Source: an uncultured Clostridia bacterium (lineage in GTDB: Bacteria; Bacillota; Clostridia; Christensenellales; UBA1242). Taken from it: a stretch of 32,000 bases of DNA. The position numbers were made by a program, and so were the translations under genes. Under the pieces are notes generated by a model. It saw only the letters and a list, made by a program, of their open reading frames with translations. It ran no database searches and was not told the origin of the DNA. The DNA lies in assembly GCA_944350085.1 (NCBI GenBank), contig CALVNY010000009.1:67317-99316 (forward strand). Direction: 5' to 3'. Below, piece after piece: positions 23,073-32,000 of the stretch. Within the stretch, counting starts at the first letter, position 1; every line of letters begins with the position of its first letter.

Positions 23073-24491
23073 ATGGAAAAGGTTTATGATGCCATAATAT
23101 TTGGTGGAGGAATAATTGGAAGTTGTATTTTTGACGATTTAACACTGTCGGGATATAGTGCTGTTTTACTTGAAATAGGGGGCGATGTTGCAAGTGGAAC
23201 AAGCAAAGCAAACAGTGGAATAGTTCATGCTGGATTTGATGCAACACCCGGAACACTTAAAGCAAAATTTAATGTTGAAGGCAGTTTAATGTACCCCGAA
23301 ATGTGCAATAGAGTTGGTGTTAGATTGGGAAATTGTGGTGCTTATGTTATAGGTAACGACTTAAAAAAAGTTGAAGAGTTGTATAGTAGAGGACTAACTA
23401 ATGGCGTTAAAGATTTGGAAATTTTAAATAGAGAGCAACTTTTAAAGCGTATTCCAAACATAACTGAAAATATAACTTGTGGGCTGTTTGCTAAATCTAG
23501 CAAAATAGTTAGCCCTTATGTTTTAACCATAAGTTTGGCAGAAGAAGGCATTTTAAATGGTGGAGTGGTTGAATTAAATTATAATACAATCAAGGTTGAA
23601 CACAAAAATGGTGTTTATGAAGTTACTAACGGCAAAACAAAATATTTTGGCAAATATCTTATAAATAGCACAGGAAACGCTTATAATGATATGGCAAAAC
23701 TTATTGGCAGTGAAACTTACGATATTAAATATAAACGAGGAGAATATTACATTTTAGATAAAAGTGAGTTTTCGGTTGCATACTCCACAATATTTCCTTT
23801 GCCTAGTGCACACTCAAAAGGTATTTTGGTTACTCCAACTGTTGATGGCAACACTTTGGTTGGACCAACAAGTTATGAAAGTGATTCATCTGTTAAAACA
23901 ACTGATTTGGGATTAAAAGAAATTAAAGAAAAAAGTTCTGCAATGTTAAACAATGTTAATTTAAAGAAAGCTATTAGAATATTTAGTGGTGTAAGAGCAG
24001 TTGTTGGTGATGACTTTGTGATTGAAAAAAGTAAATTAAAACCAAATGTTATTAATTTGGCTGGCATTTGTTCACCAGGATTAAGTAGTGCACCAGCAAT
24101 TTCTAAATATGTAATAAGCGAGTTAATGCAATTAACTTATGACTTAAAAAAGAACGCAAAACATAAACTTGTGCCATACACTTTAAGTAAAACATTGCCA
24201 AAGCAAGAACTTAATGATTTAATTGCTAAAGATAGTGATTATGGAAAAGTTGTTTGCAAATGTGAAGATGTTACGGTTGGCGACATTAAAATGGCACTAA
24301 ATAGACCTCTTAAAATAAATTCGGTTGATGGTATTAAACGCAGAGTTAGAGCAGGTATGGGGCGATGTCAAGGTGGTTTTTGTTTGGATAAGGTTATATC
24401 AATCATTGCCGAATCAAACAATGAAACTTTGGAAGATGTTTGCAAAGAAGGTGTTGGAACAAACTTTATAGTAGGAAATATAAAGGAGTAG
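23073..24491 (+). CDS. FAD-dependent glycerol-3-phosphate dehydrogenase/oxidase-like protein with a C-terminal BFD-like [2Fe-2S] domain
   Basis: YDAIIFGGGIIGSCI dinucleotide-binding motif, DAO-type fold, C-terminal VCKCEDVTVGDI...GMGRCQGGFC. ATG 23073 with SD GAGAGGTG; the track start 23067 is GTG. Confidence 0.85.
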   Translation: MEKVYDAIIFGGGIIGSCIFDDLTLSGYSAVLLEIGGDVASGTSKANSGIVHAGFDATPGTLKAKFNVEGSLMYPEMCNRVGVRLGNCGAYVIGNDLKKVEELYSRGLTNGVKDLEILNREQLLKRIPNITENITCGLFAKSSKIVSPYVLTISLAEEGILNGGVVELNYNTIKVEHKNGVYEVTNGKTKYFGKYLINSTGNAYNDMAKLIGSETYDIKYKRGEYYILDKSEFSVAYSTIFPLPSAHSKGILVTPTVDGNTLVGPTSYESDSSVKTTDLGLKEIKEKSSAMLNNVNLKKAIRIFSGVRAVVGDDFVIEKSKLKPNVINLAGICSPGLSSAPAISKYVISELMQLTYDLKKNAKHKLVPYTLSKTLPKQELNDLIAKDSDYGKVVCKCEDVTVGDIKMALNRPLKINSVDGIKRRVRAGMGRCQGGFCLDKVISIIAESNNETLEDVCKEGVGTNFIVGNIKE

Positions 24492-24494
24492 GTT

Positions 24495-25730
24495 ATGCAA
24501 TATGATGTTGTTATAATTGGTGGCGGACCAAGTGGAATGGCTGCAGCAATAGAAAGTTCAAAATTAAATGCAAAAACATTAATTATTGAAAGAAACGAAA
24601 CGTTGGGTGGAATTTTAAATCAATGTATTCACAATGGTTTTGGATTGCATTATTTTAAAGAAGAATTAACGGGTCCAGAATATGCCTTTAAATTTAGAGA
24701 GTTAATTTTAAATGAAAAAAACATTGATGTTAAACTTAACACCTTTGTTACAAACATTGACAAAGAAAATAATGTTGTTACAATCAAAAGTTCAAATGGT
24801 GTTGAAAATGTTAAATACAAATCACTAGTTTTGTCAATGGGGTGCAGGGAAAGAACTGCGGGAAACATTTTGCTTACAGGCACAAGACCAGTTGGAATTT
24901 ATACTGCCGGAACAGCACAAAAACTAGTTAACATCTATGGAAAAATGATTGGCAAAAATGTTGTTATATTGGGTTCTGGCGATATTGGACTTATTATGGC
25001 AAGGAGGCTTACACTAGAAGGCGCAAAAGTTCAAGCAGTAATGGAAATAAATAAAACAAGCAGTGGACTTAGGAGAAACATAAGCCAATGCTTAGATGAT
25101 TTTAATATTCCTTTAATGTACAGCACAACAATTTTTGAAGTTGTGGGAGAAAAAAGGGTTGAAGGAATATACTACGGACAAGTTGATGAAAACTACAATA
25201 AATTGGAAGATACACGCAAGTTTATGTCATGTGATGCCATAATATTGTCAGTAGGGTTGGTTCCTGAAACTGATTTGGTTAGTGATTTAAAAATAAACAG
25301 AGTAACAAATGGAACTTATGTTAATGATTATATGCAAACAGAATACGATAATATTTTTGCTTGTGGAAATTTTTTGCATGTACATGATTTGGTTGACAAT
25401 GTAACAATGGAAAGTTTGCAAGCAGGCAAATGTGCTGCGCTTAATGCGTTAGGAAAACTTGAAAGAAACAAAGAATTTAATGTTTTGCACTCTGATATAG
25501 TAACATACACAATTCCTAGCACTATTGTTAAAGGGGAAGGAAAAGTTGATTTAAAATTTAGGGTAAGGAAAAAATTTGTTAAGTCAAACTTAATTGTTTC
25601 TTGCAATGACAAAATAATTGCAAAAAAATTTGTTATGGCTGGGCTTCCTGGTGAAATGTTAACAATTTCTTTTGACAAAAGTGAAATAACTGGTGATATA
25701 AATTTGGAGGTAAAGTCCAATGAAAACTAA
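24495..25730 (+). CDS. FAD/NAD(P)-binding pyridine nucleotide-disulfide oxidoreductase family protein
   Basis: YDVVIIGGGPSGMAAA and a second Rossmann motif VVILGSGDIGLIMA. SD AAGGAG. Confidence 0.85.
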   Translation: MQYDVVIIGGGPSGMAAAIESSKLNAKTLIIERNETLGGILNQCIHNGFGLHYFKEELTGPEYAFKFRELILNEKNIDVKLNTFVTNIDKENNVVTIKSSNGVENVKYKSLVLSMGCRERTAGNILLTGTRPVGIYTAGTAQKLVNIYGKMIGKNVVILGSGDIGLIMARRLTLEGAKVQAVMEINKTSSGLRRNISQCLDDFNIPLMYSTTIFEVVGEKRVEGIYYGQVDENYNKLEDTRKFMSCDAIILSVGLVPETDLVSDLKINRVTNGTYVNDYMQTEYDNIFACGNFLHVHDLVDNVTMESLQAGKCAALNALGKLERNKEFNVLHSDIVTYTIPSTIVKGEGKVDLKFRVRKKFVKSNLIVSCNDKIIAKKFVMAGLPGEMLTISFDKSEITGDINLEVKSNEN

Positions 25731-26076
25731 TATGATTTGTATTATGTGTCCATTAGGTTGCGAACTTACAGTTGAAAAAGTTGATGATGAAATTAAGGTT
25801 AGTGGAAATAACTGCATAAGGGGAGAAAAATATGCAACTAGTGAACTAACAGAACCTGTTAGAGTTTTAACTTCGGTAATTATAACAAAAAATGGAGTGG
25901 TTTCAGTTAAAACTGACAAACCAATTCCAAAAAAGAAAATTGAAGAAGCAATAAAATTAATTGGAAATGTAAAAGCCGACAAGTTAAATTTTGGCGATGT
26001 GGTAATTAGCAACATTTTAAACACTGGGGCAAATGTTGTTGTAACAAGAGATGCAGTTTTAGATTTTAAAGAGTAA
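25720..26076 (+). CDS. DUF1667 domain protein
   Basis: CIMCPLGCELTVE is the characteristic DUF1667 N-terminal Cys motif. Overlaps the preceding gene by 11 nt. SD GGAGG. Confidence 0.8.
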   Translation: MKTNMICIMCPLGCELTVEKVDDEIKVSGNNCIRGEKYATSELTEPVRVLTSVIITKNGVVSVKTDKPIPKKKIEEAIKLIGNVKADKLNFGDVVISNILNTGANVVVTRDAVLDFKE

Positions 26077-26096
26077 GGTAAATCTTGCTCTTTTTA
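26068..26096 (+). terminator. terminator of the three-gene G3P dehydrogenase operon
   Basis: Stem AAAGAGTAAG / CTTGCTCTTT (one G.U pair), 6-nt loop, T-run. Overlaps the stop codon. Confidence 0.7.
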
Positions 26097-26307
26097 TTTA
26101 AGCTTAAGGATAATTGTTTAAAAATAAAAAGATTATTAAAAAAAATTGTTGATTAAAAAAATAAATTTTATGTAAAAGTAAATTGTAATTTATTCTATTA
26201 ATTTCATAATGCTTTTTAAAGTTATAAAAATAAGTTTAAATAAATCATTTTGTTTTGATTGATAAATACAAAAATTGTTTGTATACTTAAAAAATAAAGA
26301 GGTTAAG

Positions 26308-26805
26308 ATGATTAACATTGTTTTGGTAGAACCAGAGATTCCGCAAAATGCAGGAAATATTATTAGAACTTGTAGTGCAATAGGTGCAAAACTTTATATG
26401 GTTAAGCCCCTTGGTTTTAAATTGGAAGACAAGTATTTTAAAAGAGCAGGGCTTGATTATTTTAGTTTGGCTGATTTTACTGTGGTTGATAGTTTAGATG
26501 AAATTATGCAAGAAAATAAAAATGCAAAATTTTATTTTGCATCAACAAAATCAAAACACACCTATGTTGATGTAAAATATGATGATGGTTGTTTTATTGT
26601 TTTTGGTAAAGAAAGTTACGGGCTAAAAGAAACTTTGCTTAAAAAAAATTATGATAACTGCATTAGGATACCAATGATTAAAGATGCAAGAAGTTTAAAT
26701 CTTTCTAATTCGGTTGCAATAATTGCTTATGAGGCAATGCGACAACAAGGATTTGAAAATTTAAAAAATTATGGAGAATTGACTGGAAGGCCAGAAAGCG
26801 ATTAA
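26308..26805 (+). CDS. trmL: tRNA (cytidine/uridine(34)-2'-O)-methyltransferase, SpoU/TrmL family
   Basis: INIVLVEPEIPQNAGNIIRTC and the C-terminal SLNLSNSVAIIAYE knot motifs. About 165 aa. ATG 26308 with SD AAGAGG preferred over the track start 26275. Confidence 0.85.
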   Translation: MINIVLVEPEIPQNAGNIIRTCSAIGAKLYMVKPLGFKLEDKYFKRAGLDYFSLADFTVVDSLDEIMQENKNAKFYFASTKSKHTYVDVKYDDGCFIVFGKESYGLKETLLKKNYDNCIRIPMIKDARSLNLSNSVAIIAYEAMRQQGFENLKNYGELTGRPESD

Positions 26806-26937
26806 AATTAAAAAATTAAAACTTTTATTAATTTTGCCTAAGTTATTTAATAAAATTACAATATTTTTTACTAATCTAAAAACGCTACTTTAATTGCAAA
26901 ATAATTGATTAAAATTAATTTAAAAGGTGGGTAAATT

Positions 26938-28041
26938 ATGGGTAAAAAAATATTTAAAATTACACTTTGGACAATAATTAGTTTAATACTTCTTGTTGTG
27001 CTAATACTTGGTGGATATTTAATTTACTTGAGTGCTCAGTATTATAGAATTGAAGATAACCAAGTTTTGGAAGTGTCAAACGCTAGTGAAAATTTGGTTT
27101 CATTAAATACAAACTACACAATTTCAACATATAACATTGGATTTGGAGCATACACTCACGATTTTTCATTTTTTATGGATAGTGGGGAAATGTTAGACGG
27201 CACTAAAACACAAGGGACAGGAAGCAAAGCAAAAGACAAAGAAACTGTTTTAACAAACACAAATGGTGCAATTAGTGTTGCTAGTGAGTTAGATGCTGAT
27301 TTTATGTTTTTTCAAGAAGTTGATGTTAAGGCAACAAGAAGTTATAAAGTAAATCAATTTGAAATGTTGAAAGAAAGTTTTAGTAATTACTCAAACTCAT
27401 TTGCTTACAATTTTCATAGTGCATTTTTGTTTTATCCAATACTTGACCCACATGGGGCAACAGATGCAGGAATTGCAACATTTTCTAAATATAAAATAGA
27501 TAGTTCAATTAGGCGTTCTTTTCCTATTGATGAAGGATTTTTTGCAAAGTTTTTTGATTTAGATAGGTGTTTTAGTGTTAATAGATTAAAAATTAATGGC
27601 AGTGACAAAGAACTTGTTTTGATTAATTTACATATGAGTGCGTATGACAAAGGTGGACTAATTCGTGCAGAGCAATTAACCCTACTTAATAGTGTTTTAA
27701 AAGAAGAAAGGGATAAAGGAAATTATGTTGTTGCTGGTGGCGATTTTAATCACGACATAGCAGATTCCATTGGCAAATTTGAAACTCAGGAGAAAAAGCC
27801 AGAGTGGACATATTCATTGTCGGCAAATCAATTAACTGATGGATATTCTTTTGCAACTGCAAACAATGTTCCAACATGTAGGAGCACCGATATTGCTTAC
27901 ACAAAGGGAGTTAATTACACAGTTGTTCTTGATGGTTTTATAGTTTCAGACAATGTTGAGGTAATAGAAGTTGAAAATATTGATAATGATTTTATGTATT
28001 CCGACCACAACCCTGCAAAATGTGTTTTTAAATTAATTTAA
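26938..28041 (+). CDS. membrane-anchored endonuclease/exonuclease/phosphatase (EEP) family protein
   Basis: N-terminal TM. EEP motifs FMFFQEV, NLHMSAY, GGDFNHD, SDHNP. SD AAGGTGGG. Confidence 0.85.
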   Translation: MGKKIFKITLWTIISLILLVVLILGGYLIYLSAQYYRIEDNQVLEVSNASENLVSLNTNYTISTYNIGFGAYTHDFSFFMDSGEMLDGTKTQGTGSKAKDKETVLTNTNGAISVASELDADFMFFQEVDVKATRSYKVNQFEMLKESFSNYSNSFAYNFHSAFLFYPILDPHGATDAGIATFSKYKIDSSIRRSFPIDEGFFAKFFDLDRCFSVNRLKINGSDKELVLINLHMSAYDKGGLIRAEQLTLLNSVLKEERDKGNYVVAGGDFNHDIADSIGKFETQEKKPEWTYSLSANQLTDGYSFATANNVPTCRSTDIAYTKGVNYTVVLDGFIVSDNVEVIEVENIDNDFMYSDHNPAKCVFKLI

Positions 28042-28349
28042 CAAATTAAATTTAGTGTAAATGTTTAACAAAAAAATAAAAAGAGTTGTTTTAAACTCCT
28101 TTTATTTTTTTAAAGTCTAATTTAATTTTGATTTTGTTTTTATTTTGACTTTATAATATATTATAGTAAAATATAATATATATTTTTACTTTAGTTTTTA
28201 TATTTTTATTTCGCTTTTAATAATACTATTTTGATTATTATGTTTAAATTTAAATATAATTAACTATGAAGTTTTAAAATTTAAAAATAGTAGATTTAAA
28301 GAATTAAAATTTAATTGGAATAATAAAAAATTAAATTTAAGGAGAAAAT

Positions 28350-29864
28350 ATGAAAAAATTTTTTAGTTTTTTTGTTTCAAAAAGATTTATTCTTTGTTTT
28401 TCATTTTTTGTTAACTTAATTTTGTTTTTTTTGTTAACATACTATATAAATTCAGTTGTATATTCAATTATTTCTATAGTTATAACTATTTTGGCAGTGT
28501 TGTGTTTGATTGGAAGTAATGATGAACCAATATATAAAATAACTTGGGCTTTAACTATTGCAGTATTTCCTTTGTTTGGAACAGTTTTATACTTGTATTT
28601 AAGAAATTGCAGAGCAACAAAAAGAAAAAGAAAATTGTTTAATGCCATTAAACAAGAAAGTTTGCAATTTATGAAAAATAGTGAAAATGAGTTTAAAGAA
28701 CTTGAAAATTTACACAACAAGCAGTTTAATATTGCTGAGTATGTTAAAAAAACTACTAATATGTCACTTTATAAAAATACAAGTGTTTTGTATTTAAAAA
28801 ACGGAGAAACTTATTTTAAGGAATTAATTAACGACTTAAAAACAGCCGAAAAATATATTTTGCTTCAATATTATATTATAGAACATGGTAAAGTGTGGGA
28901 TGAAATTTTAAAGGTTTTAAAAGAAAGGTCTGCAAAAGGTGTTGAAATAAAAATATTGTATGATGACTTTGGTTGTATGGACAAAATTTCAAGAACATAT
29001 TTTAAAAATTTAAAAGATTTTAATATTGAAGCCATAGAATTTAACAAATGTAATGCAACAATAAACAAATATTCACAATACCGTGACCACAGAAAATTGT
29101 GTGTTATAGATGGTAAAATTGGATATGTTGGTGGCATAAATTTGGCTGATGAGTATGCAAACATAACTTCTAAATTTGGATATTGGAAAGACACAGGAGT
29201 AAGGCTTGAAGGTGAAGCGGTTTGGGGATTAATAGTGCTTTTTTCAGATAATTGGAAACTAGAAAAGAAACCATTTGATATTGAAAAATATAAGGTTGAA
29301 TATTCTAAAACAAATTCGTCATATGTTCAGCCTTTTGGTAGTGGTCCACTTTATGTTGAGCCTATTGCAAGGAACAACTATGTTAATATGATTAATTCTG
29401 CAAAACAATATGTTTATATTTGTACGCCATATTTGTTGCTTGATACCACAACTATTGATGCACTAAAGATTGCAGCAAAAAGTGGGGTTGATGTTAGAAT
29501 TATTATGCCCGGAATTCCAGACAAAAAATTTATTTGGTACATGGGCAGGGCACACTATAAAGAATTAGTTAATGCTGGTGTTAAAATTTATGAATTTAAG
29601 CCGGGCTTTGTTCATGCAAAAATGGTTATTGTTGATGATATGACTTGTTGCGTTGGAACAATTAATTTTGATTTTAGAAGTTTGTATTTGCATTTTGAAA
29701 ATGGCGTTTTAATTTATAACGATAAAGAAATTTTAAATATTAAACAAGATTTTATTGAAACAATAAACAAAAGTGTTCAAGTTACAACAGAAACCGTGAA
29801 AAGTAGAAAATGGTATGAAAAAGTAATTGCAAATGTTTTAAGATTTTTTGCACCGTTGATGTAG
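28350..29864 (+). CDS. cls: cardiolipin synthase
   Basis: Two N-terminal TM helices and two HKD motifs (HRKLCVIDGKIGYVGGINLAD and HAKMVIVDDMTCCVGTINFD). SD AAGGAGAA. Confidence 0.9.
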   Translation: MKKFFSFFVSKRFILCFSFFVNLILFFLLTYYINSVVYSIISIVITILAVLCLIGSNDEPIYKITWALTIAVFPLFGTVLYLYLRNCRATKRKRKLFNAIKQESLQFMKNSENEFKELENLHNKQFNIAEYVKKTTNMSLYKNTSVLYLKNGETYFKELINDLKTAEKYILLQYYIIEHGKVWDEILKVLKERSAKGVEIKILYDDFGCMDKISRTYFKNLKDFNIEAIEFNKCNATINKYSQYRDHRKLCVIDGKIGYVGGINLADEYANITSKFGYWKDTGVRLEGEAVWGLIVLFSDNWKLEKKPFDIEKYKVEYSKTNSSYVQPFGSGPLYVEPIARNNYVNMINSAKQYVYICTPYLLLDTTTIDALKIAAKSGVDVRIIMPGIPDKKFIWYMGRAHYKELVNAGVKIYEFKPGFVHAKMVIVDDMTCCVGTINFDFRSLYLHFENGVLIYNDKEILNIKQDFIETINKSVQVTTETVKSRKWYEKVIANVLRFFAPLM

Positions 29865-29872
29865 GAGTTTAA

Positions 29873-30775
29873 ATGAAAAATAAATTTAAAATTATTGAGA
29901 ATATTGCTTTTATTTTATTTTTTGTTGTGTGGACAGGTGTGGCAATATTTTTTTGGCTTAAAATTGCAGGACATATAGAAAATAAAGAAATTGTTAAAAA
30001 TGGAATAACTTTAAATGCCGAGGTTGTTGATTATGATACTAATATGTCAATAAACAAGGTTAATTATTACTATATGACATATATGTTTGAAATTGATGGT
30101 GAAACGTTTTATGGACAGACTTCAACAACATACAAACTAAATGAAGTAACAAACACTGAAACAATTGAAATTAAATTTTACAATGGAAAAAGCATTGAAG
30201 CCGATTATGACCAACCAAAAGATTTAAAATTTAGTGTATTGTTTTTAGTTGTTACCAGTGTTTTAAGTTTGGTGTTTGCAATTATATTGTTTTTAAAAGT
30301 GTATAAAAAATTTTATTCTTACAGGATAGAGCGCAAAGGAAATTTAACTACTGCATCAGTGGTAAATGTGCGTCATAGTTCAACAGCAACCACAAAAATT
30401 CTTGGTAAAGTTAAAATGTGTAATTATTATTCAATAATTTGCAAATTCACAAAAAAAGATGGCAAAGTTTTTGAGGGGAAAGCGATTGGAACATACGCAG
30501 AAGATGTAACTAATTATTTTAAAAATTTAAACGAAATAAAAATTAAATATATTGGTGATAAATTTGTAATTGTTGAGCCAACAGAGGGCATAGATATTTA
30601 TAAAAACACTGCTGAAATGCAAATTGAAGACAAGCCTGATTATAACAAAGATGTTATTTATTTTGAATGTGAAAATTGTGGTGAAATTGTAATACCAAAC
30701 AATGACGCAACTTGTCCTAAATGTTTAAAAATTATTAGAAAATATAAGGAAATAAACAAAGATGTTGAAAATTGA
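29873..30775 (+). CDS. membrane protein with two DUF3592-like modules and a C-terminal CxxC...CxxC zinc ribbon
   Basis: TM, beta module (GITLNAEVVDYD...YYYMTYMFEIDGETFYGQ), TM, second module (GNLTTASVVNV...YYSIICKFTKKDGKVFEGK), then CENCGE...CPKC. SD AGGAG. Confidence 0.7.
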   Translation: MKNKFKIIENIAFILFFVVWTGVAIFFWLKIAGHIENKEIVKNGITLNAEVVDYDTNMSINKVNYYYMTYMFEIDGETFYGQTSTTYKLNEVTNTETIEIKFYNGKSIEADYDQPKDLKFSVLFLVVTSVLSLVFAIILFLKVYKKFYSYRIERKGNLTTASVVNVRHSSTATTKILGKVKMCNYYSIICKFTKKDGKVFEGKAIGTYAEDVTNYFKNLNEIKIKYIGDKFVIVEPTEGIDIYKNTAEMQIEDKPDYNKDVIYFECENCGEIVIPNNDATCPKCLKIIRKYKEINKDVEN

Positions 30776-31673
30776 AAATGTTAAAAAAAGTTTTGGGTTA
30801 AAAAATGTTTTAAATGGTATTAATTTAACTTTAAATAAAGGCGAAGTTTATGGACTAATTGGAGCAAATGGTGCAGGTAAAACAACCTTGCTTAATATTG
30901 TTGCTAGGGTTTTAAATGCTGATGCTGGCAAAATTTTTGTTGATGAAAAAGAAATAAAAATTGCTAATGATTTAAAAGGATTGATTGGTTATATAATAGA
31001 TATTCCAGCACTTTATGACTTTTTAACTCCTTATGAATATTTAGAATTTATTTCTAGTCCATTAAATTTGTCTAAGGAAAAATTAAAAGAAAAAAGTGAT
31101 ATTGTTTTAAAAGATGTTGGGCTTAGCGATTGTGGAAATAAAAGAATAAAAACTTTTAGCCGTGGAATGAAACAAAGAATGGGAATTGCGGCTGGTTTAA
31201 TTAGTGAACCAGAAATAATTTTAATGGACGAACCAATGAGTGCGCTTGACCCACAAGGCAGATATGAAGTGATGCAAATTATTGAAAAATTAAAGCAAGA
31301 TGGAAAAACAATAATTTTTAGCACTCACATACTTGGAGATGTTGAAAAAGTTTGTGATAGAGTTGGAATACTTGTTAATGGCAAAATTCAGGTTGAAGGA
31401 AATATTCAGGACATTTTAAACAAATACTCCGAAAATGTTTTTAAGGTTTATGTAAATGAATCGGATTTTGAAAAAGTTATTGACACTGCAAAAAAATGTG
31501 AATATTTTGTTTCTGCTACTCCTAAAGCAAACTTTATTGAAATTGAATTTTTAAATGGTGGCAAAAAGAAAATGTTTAAAAATTTAAGTGGAATTAATGT
31601 AGACATAAATGGAATAGTTTTAAAAGAGCAAACAATAGAGCAAATATTTATGAATTTAAGTAAGGAGAACTAA
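30762..31673 (+). CDS. ABC transporter ATP-binding protein (ABC-2 / bacitracin-type exporter subfamily)
   Basis: Walker A GANGAGKTT, signature FSRGMKQRMGIA, Walker B IILMDEP, H-loop STH. Overlaps the previous gene by 14 nt. Confidence 0.9.
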   Translation: MLKIENVKKSFGLKNVLNGINLTLNKGEVYGLIGANGAGKTTLLNIVARVLNADAGKIFVDEKEIKIANDLKGLIGYIIDIPALYDFLTPYEYLEFISSPLNLSKEKLKEKSDIVLKDVGLSDCGNKRIKTFSRGMKQRMGIAAGLISEPEIILMDEPMSALDPQGRYEVMQIIEKLKQDGKTIIFSTHILGDVEKVCDRVGILVNGKIQVEGNIQDILNKYSENVFKVYVNESDFEKVIDTAKKCEYFVSATPKANFIEIEFLNGGKKKMFKNLSGINVDINGIVLKEQTIEQIFMNLSKEN

Positions 31674-31674
31674 T

Positions 31675-32000
31675 ATGGTTTTTAAGGCATGTTTAAAAAA
31701 AGAATTTTTGGAAGAAATTAGAACAAAAAAATTTTTAAGGTATTCTTTATTTGCTTGTGGCATGGTTGTGCTTGCATTAATAGTTTTTGCCATGATGAGT
31801 TTGGTTTCAAAAATCGACATAGAAGAATCAAATGAAATGATGGGTGCAATAAAAGAATTGTTTGAATTAACTTATGCAAACTACACAATGTACTTTTGCA
31901 CATTTATGTTAACATACTTTACACTTATTTATATTGTTATGATTATGAACTCAATCAGTAAGGAAATATCACAAAATAAATGGTTATTGCCAATAAGTGC
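31675..32000 (+). CDS. ABC-2 type transporter permease, N-terminal part (runs off the right edge)
   Basis: Not in the ORF track because it is edge-truncated. ATG 31675 lies 1 nt after the ATPase stop, with SD AAGGAGAA. MVFKACLKKEFLEEIRTKKFLRYSLFACGMVVLALIVFAMM... is hydrophobic, and the frame is open to 32000. Confidence 0.7.
   Translation, partial: MVFKACLKKEFLEEIRTKKFLRYSLFACGMVVLALIVFAMMSLVSKIDIEESNEMMGAIKELFELTYANYTMYFCTFMLTYFTLIYIVMIMNSISKEISQNKWLLPIS

Noticed and set aside
25328-26024. Long antisense ORFs (130 and 121 aa here; also 904-1212, 1713-2106, 7561-7812, 8029-8358, 12533-12805, 28871-29194, 31031-31324 and others)
   Set aside because: All lie opposite strongly supported genes, lack SDs, and have the Leu/Phe/Ser/Ile-rich composition typical of shadow frames in AT-rich genomes.
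1-32000. Search for a mobile element, prophage or defence island (integrase, transposase, RT, Cas, TA pairs, ATPase-nuclease pairs)
   Set aside because: No such gene was recognised. Apart from the split HNH gene, every sizeable ORF has either a housekeeping assignment or is a solitary hypothetical membrane or repeat protein.

Overview
Low-GC (roughly 27-30% by eye, not computed), standard-code chromosome segment from a Firmicutes-type endospore former, inferred from an intact spoIIE. It is mostly housekeeping. A minus-strand block at the left edge holds a truncated hypothetical gene, a membrane protein, a HAD hydrolase, a split HNH nuclease gene and tRNA-Glu, with mgtC on the plus strand inside it. 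A mainly plus-strand run follows: two membrane proteins, spoIIE, tilS, cca, a VanW protein, an SDR, metG, a divergent glpK/G3P-dehydrogenase module, trmL, an EEP phosphoesterase, cls, a DUF3592-like protein and an ABC transporter. I see no transposase, integrase, CRISPR array, rRNA or recognisable multi-gene defence island, and I cannot point to a clear new protein-coding system. The features not explained by ordinary annotation are mostly non-coding. (1) The 770-nt gap 13455-14222 holds a same-orientation DnaA-box cluster with AT-rich repeats of 20-nt period. (2) Next to it is an orphan promoter-to-terminator unit on the minus strand that would make a ~109-nt sRNA with an exposed CCUCCCCCC anti-SD-like seed. 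(3) A membrane-anchored ORF and an HNH domain ORF overlap by 49 nt at a canonical A_AAA_AAC -1 slippery heptamer, which is also an A7/T6 homopolymer site. (4) A ~640-nt ORF-free tract beside tRNA-Glu has an orphan bidirectional terminator, a long imperfect hairpin, a 20-codon hydrophobic mini-ORF and an inverted decayed tRNA 3' fragment. (5) The metG leader is not a T-box; it has a 14-codon Gln4 mini-ORF and a strong terminator. All functional calls rest on motif recognition by eye. No database search was run.
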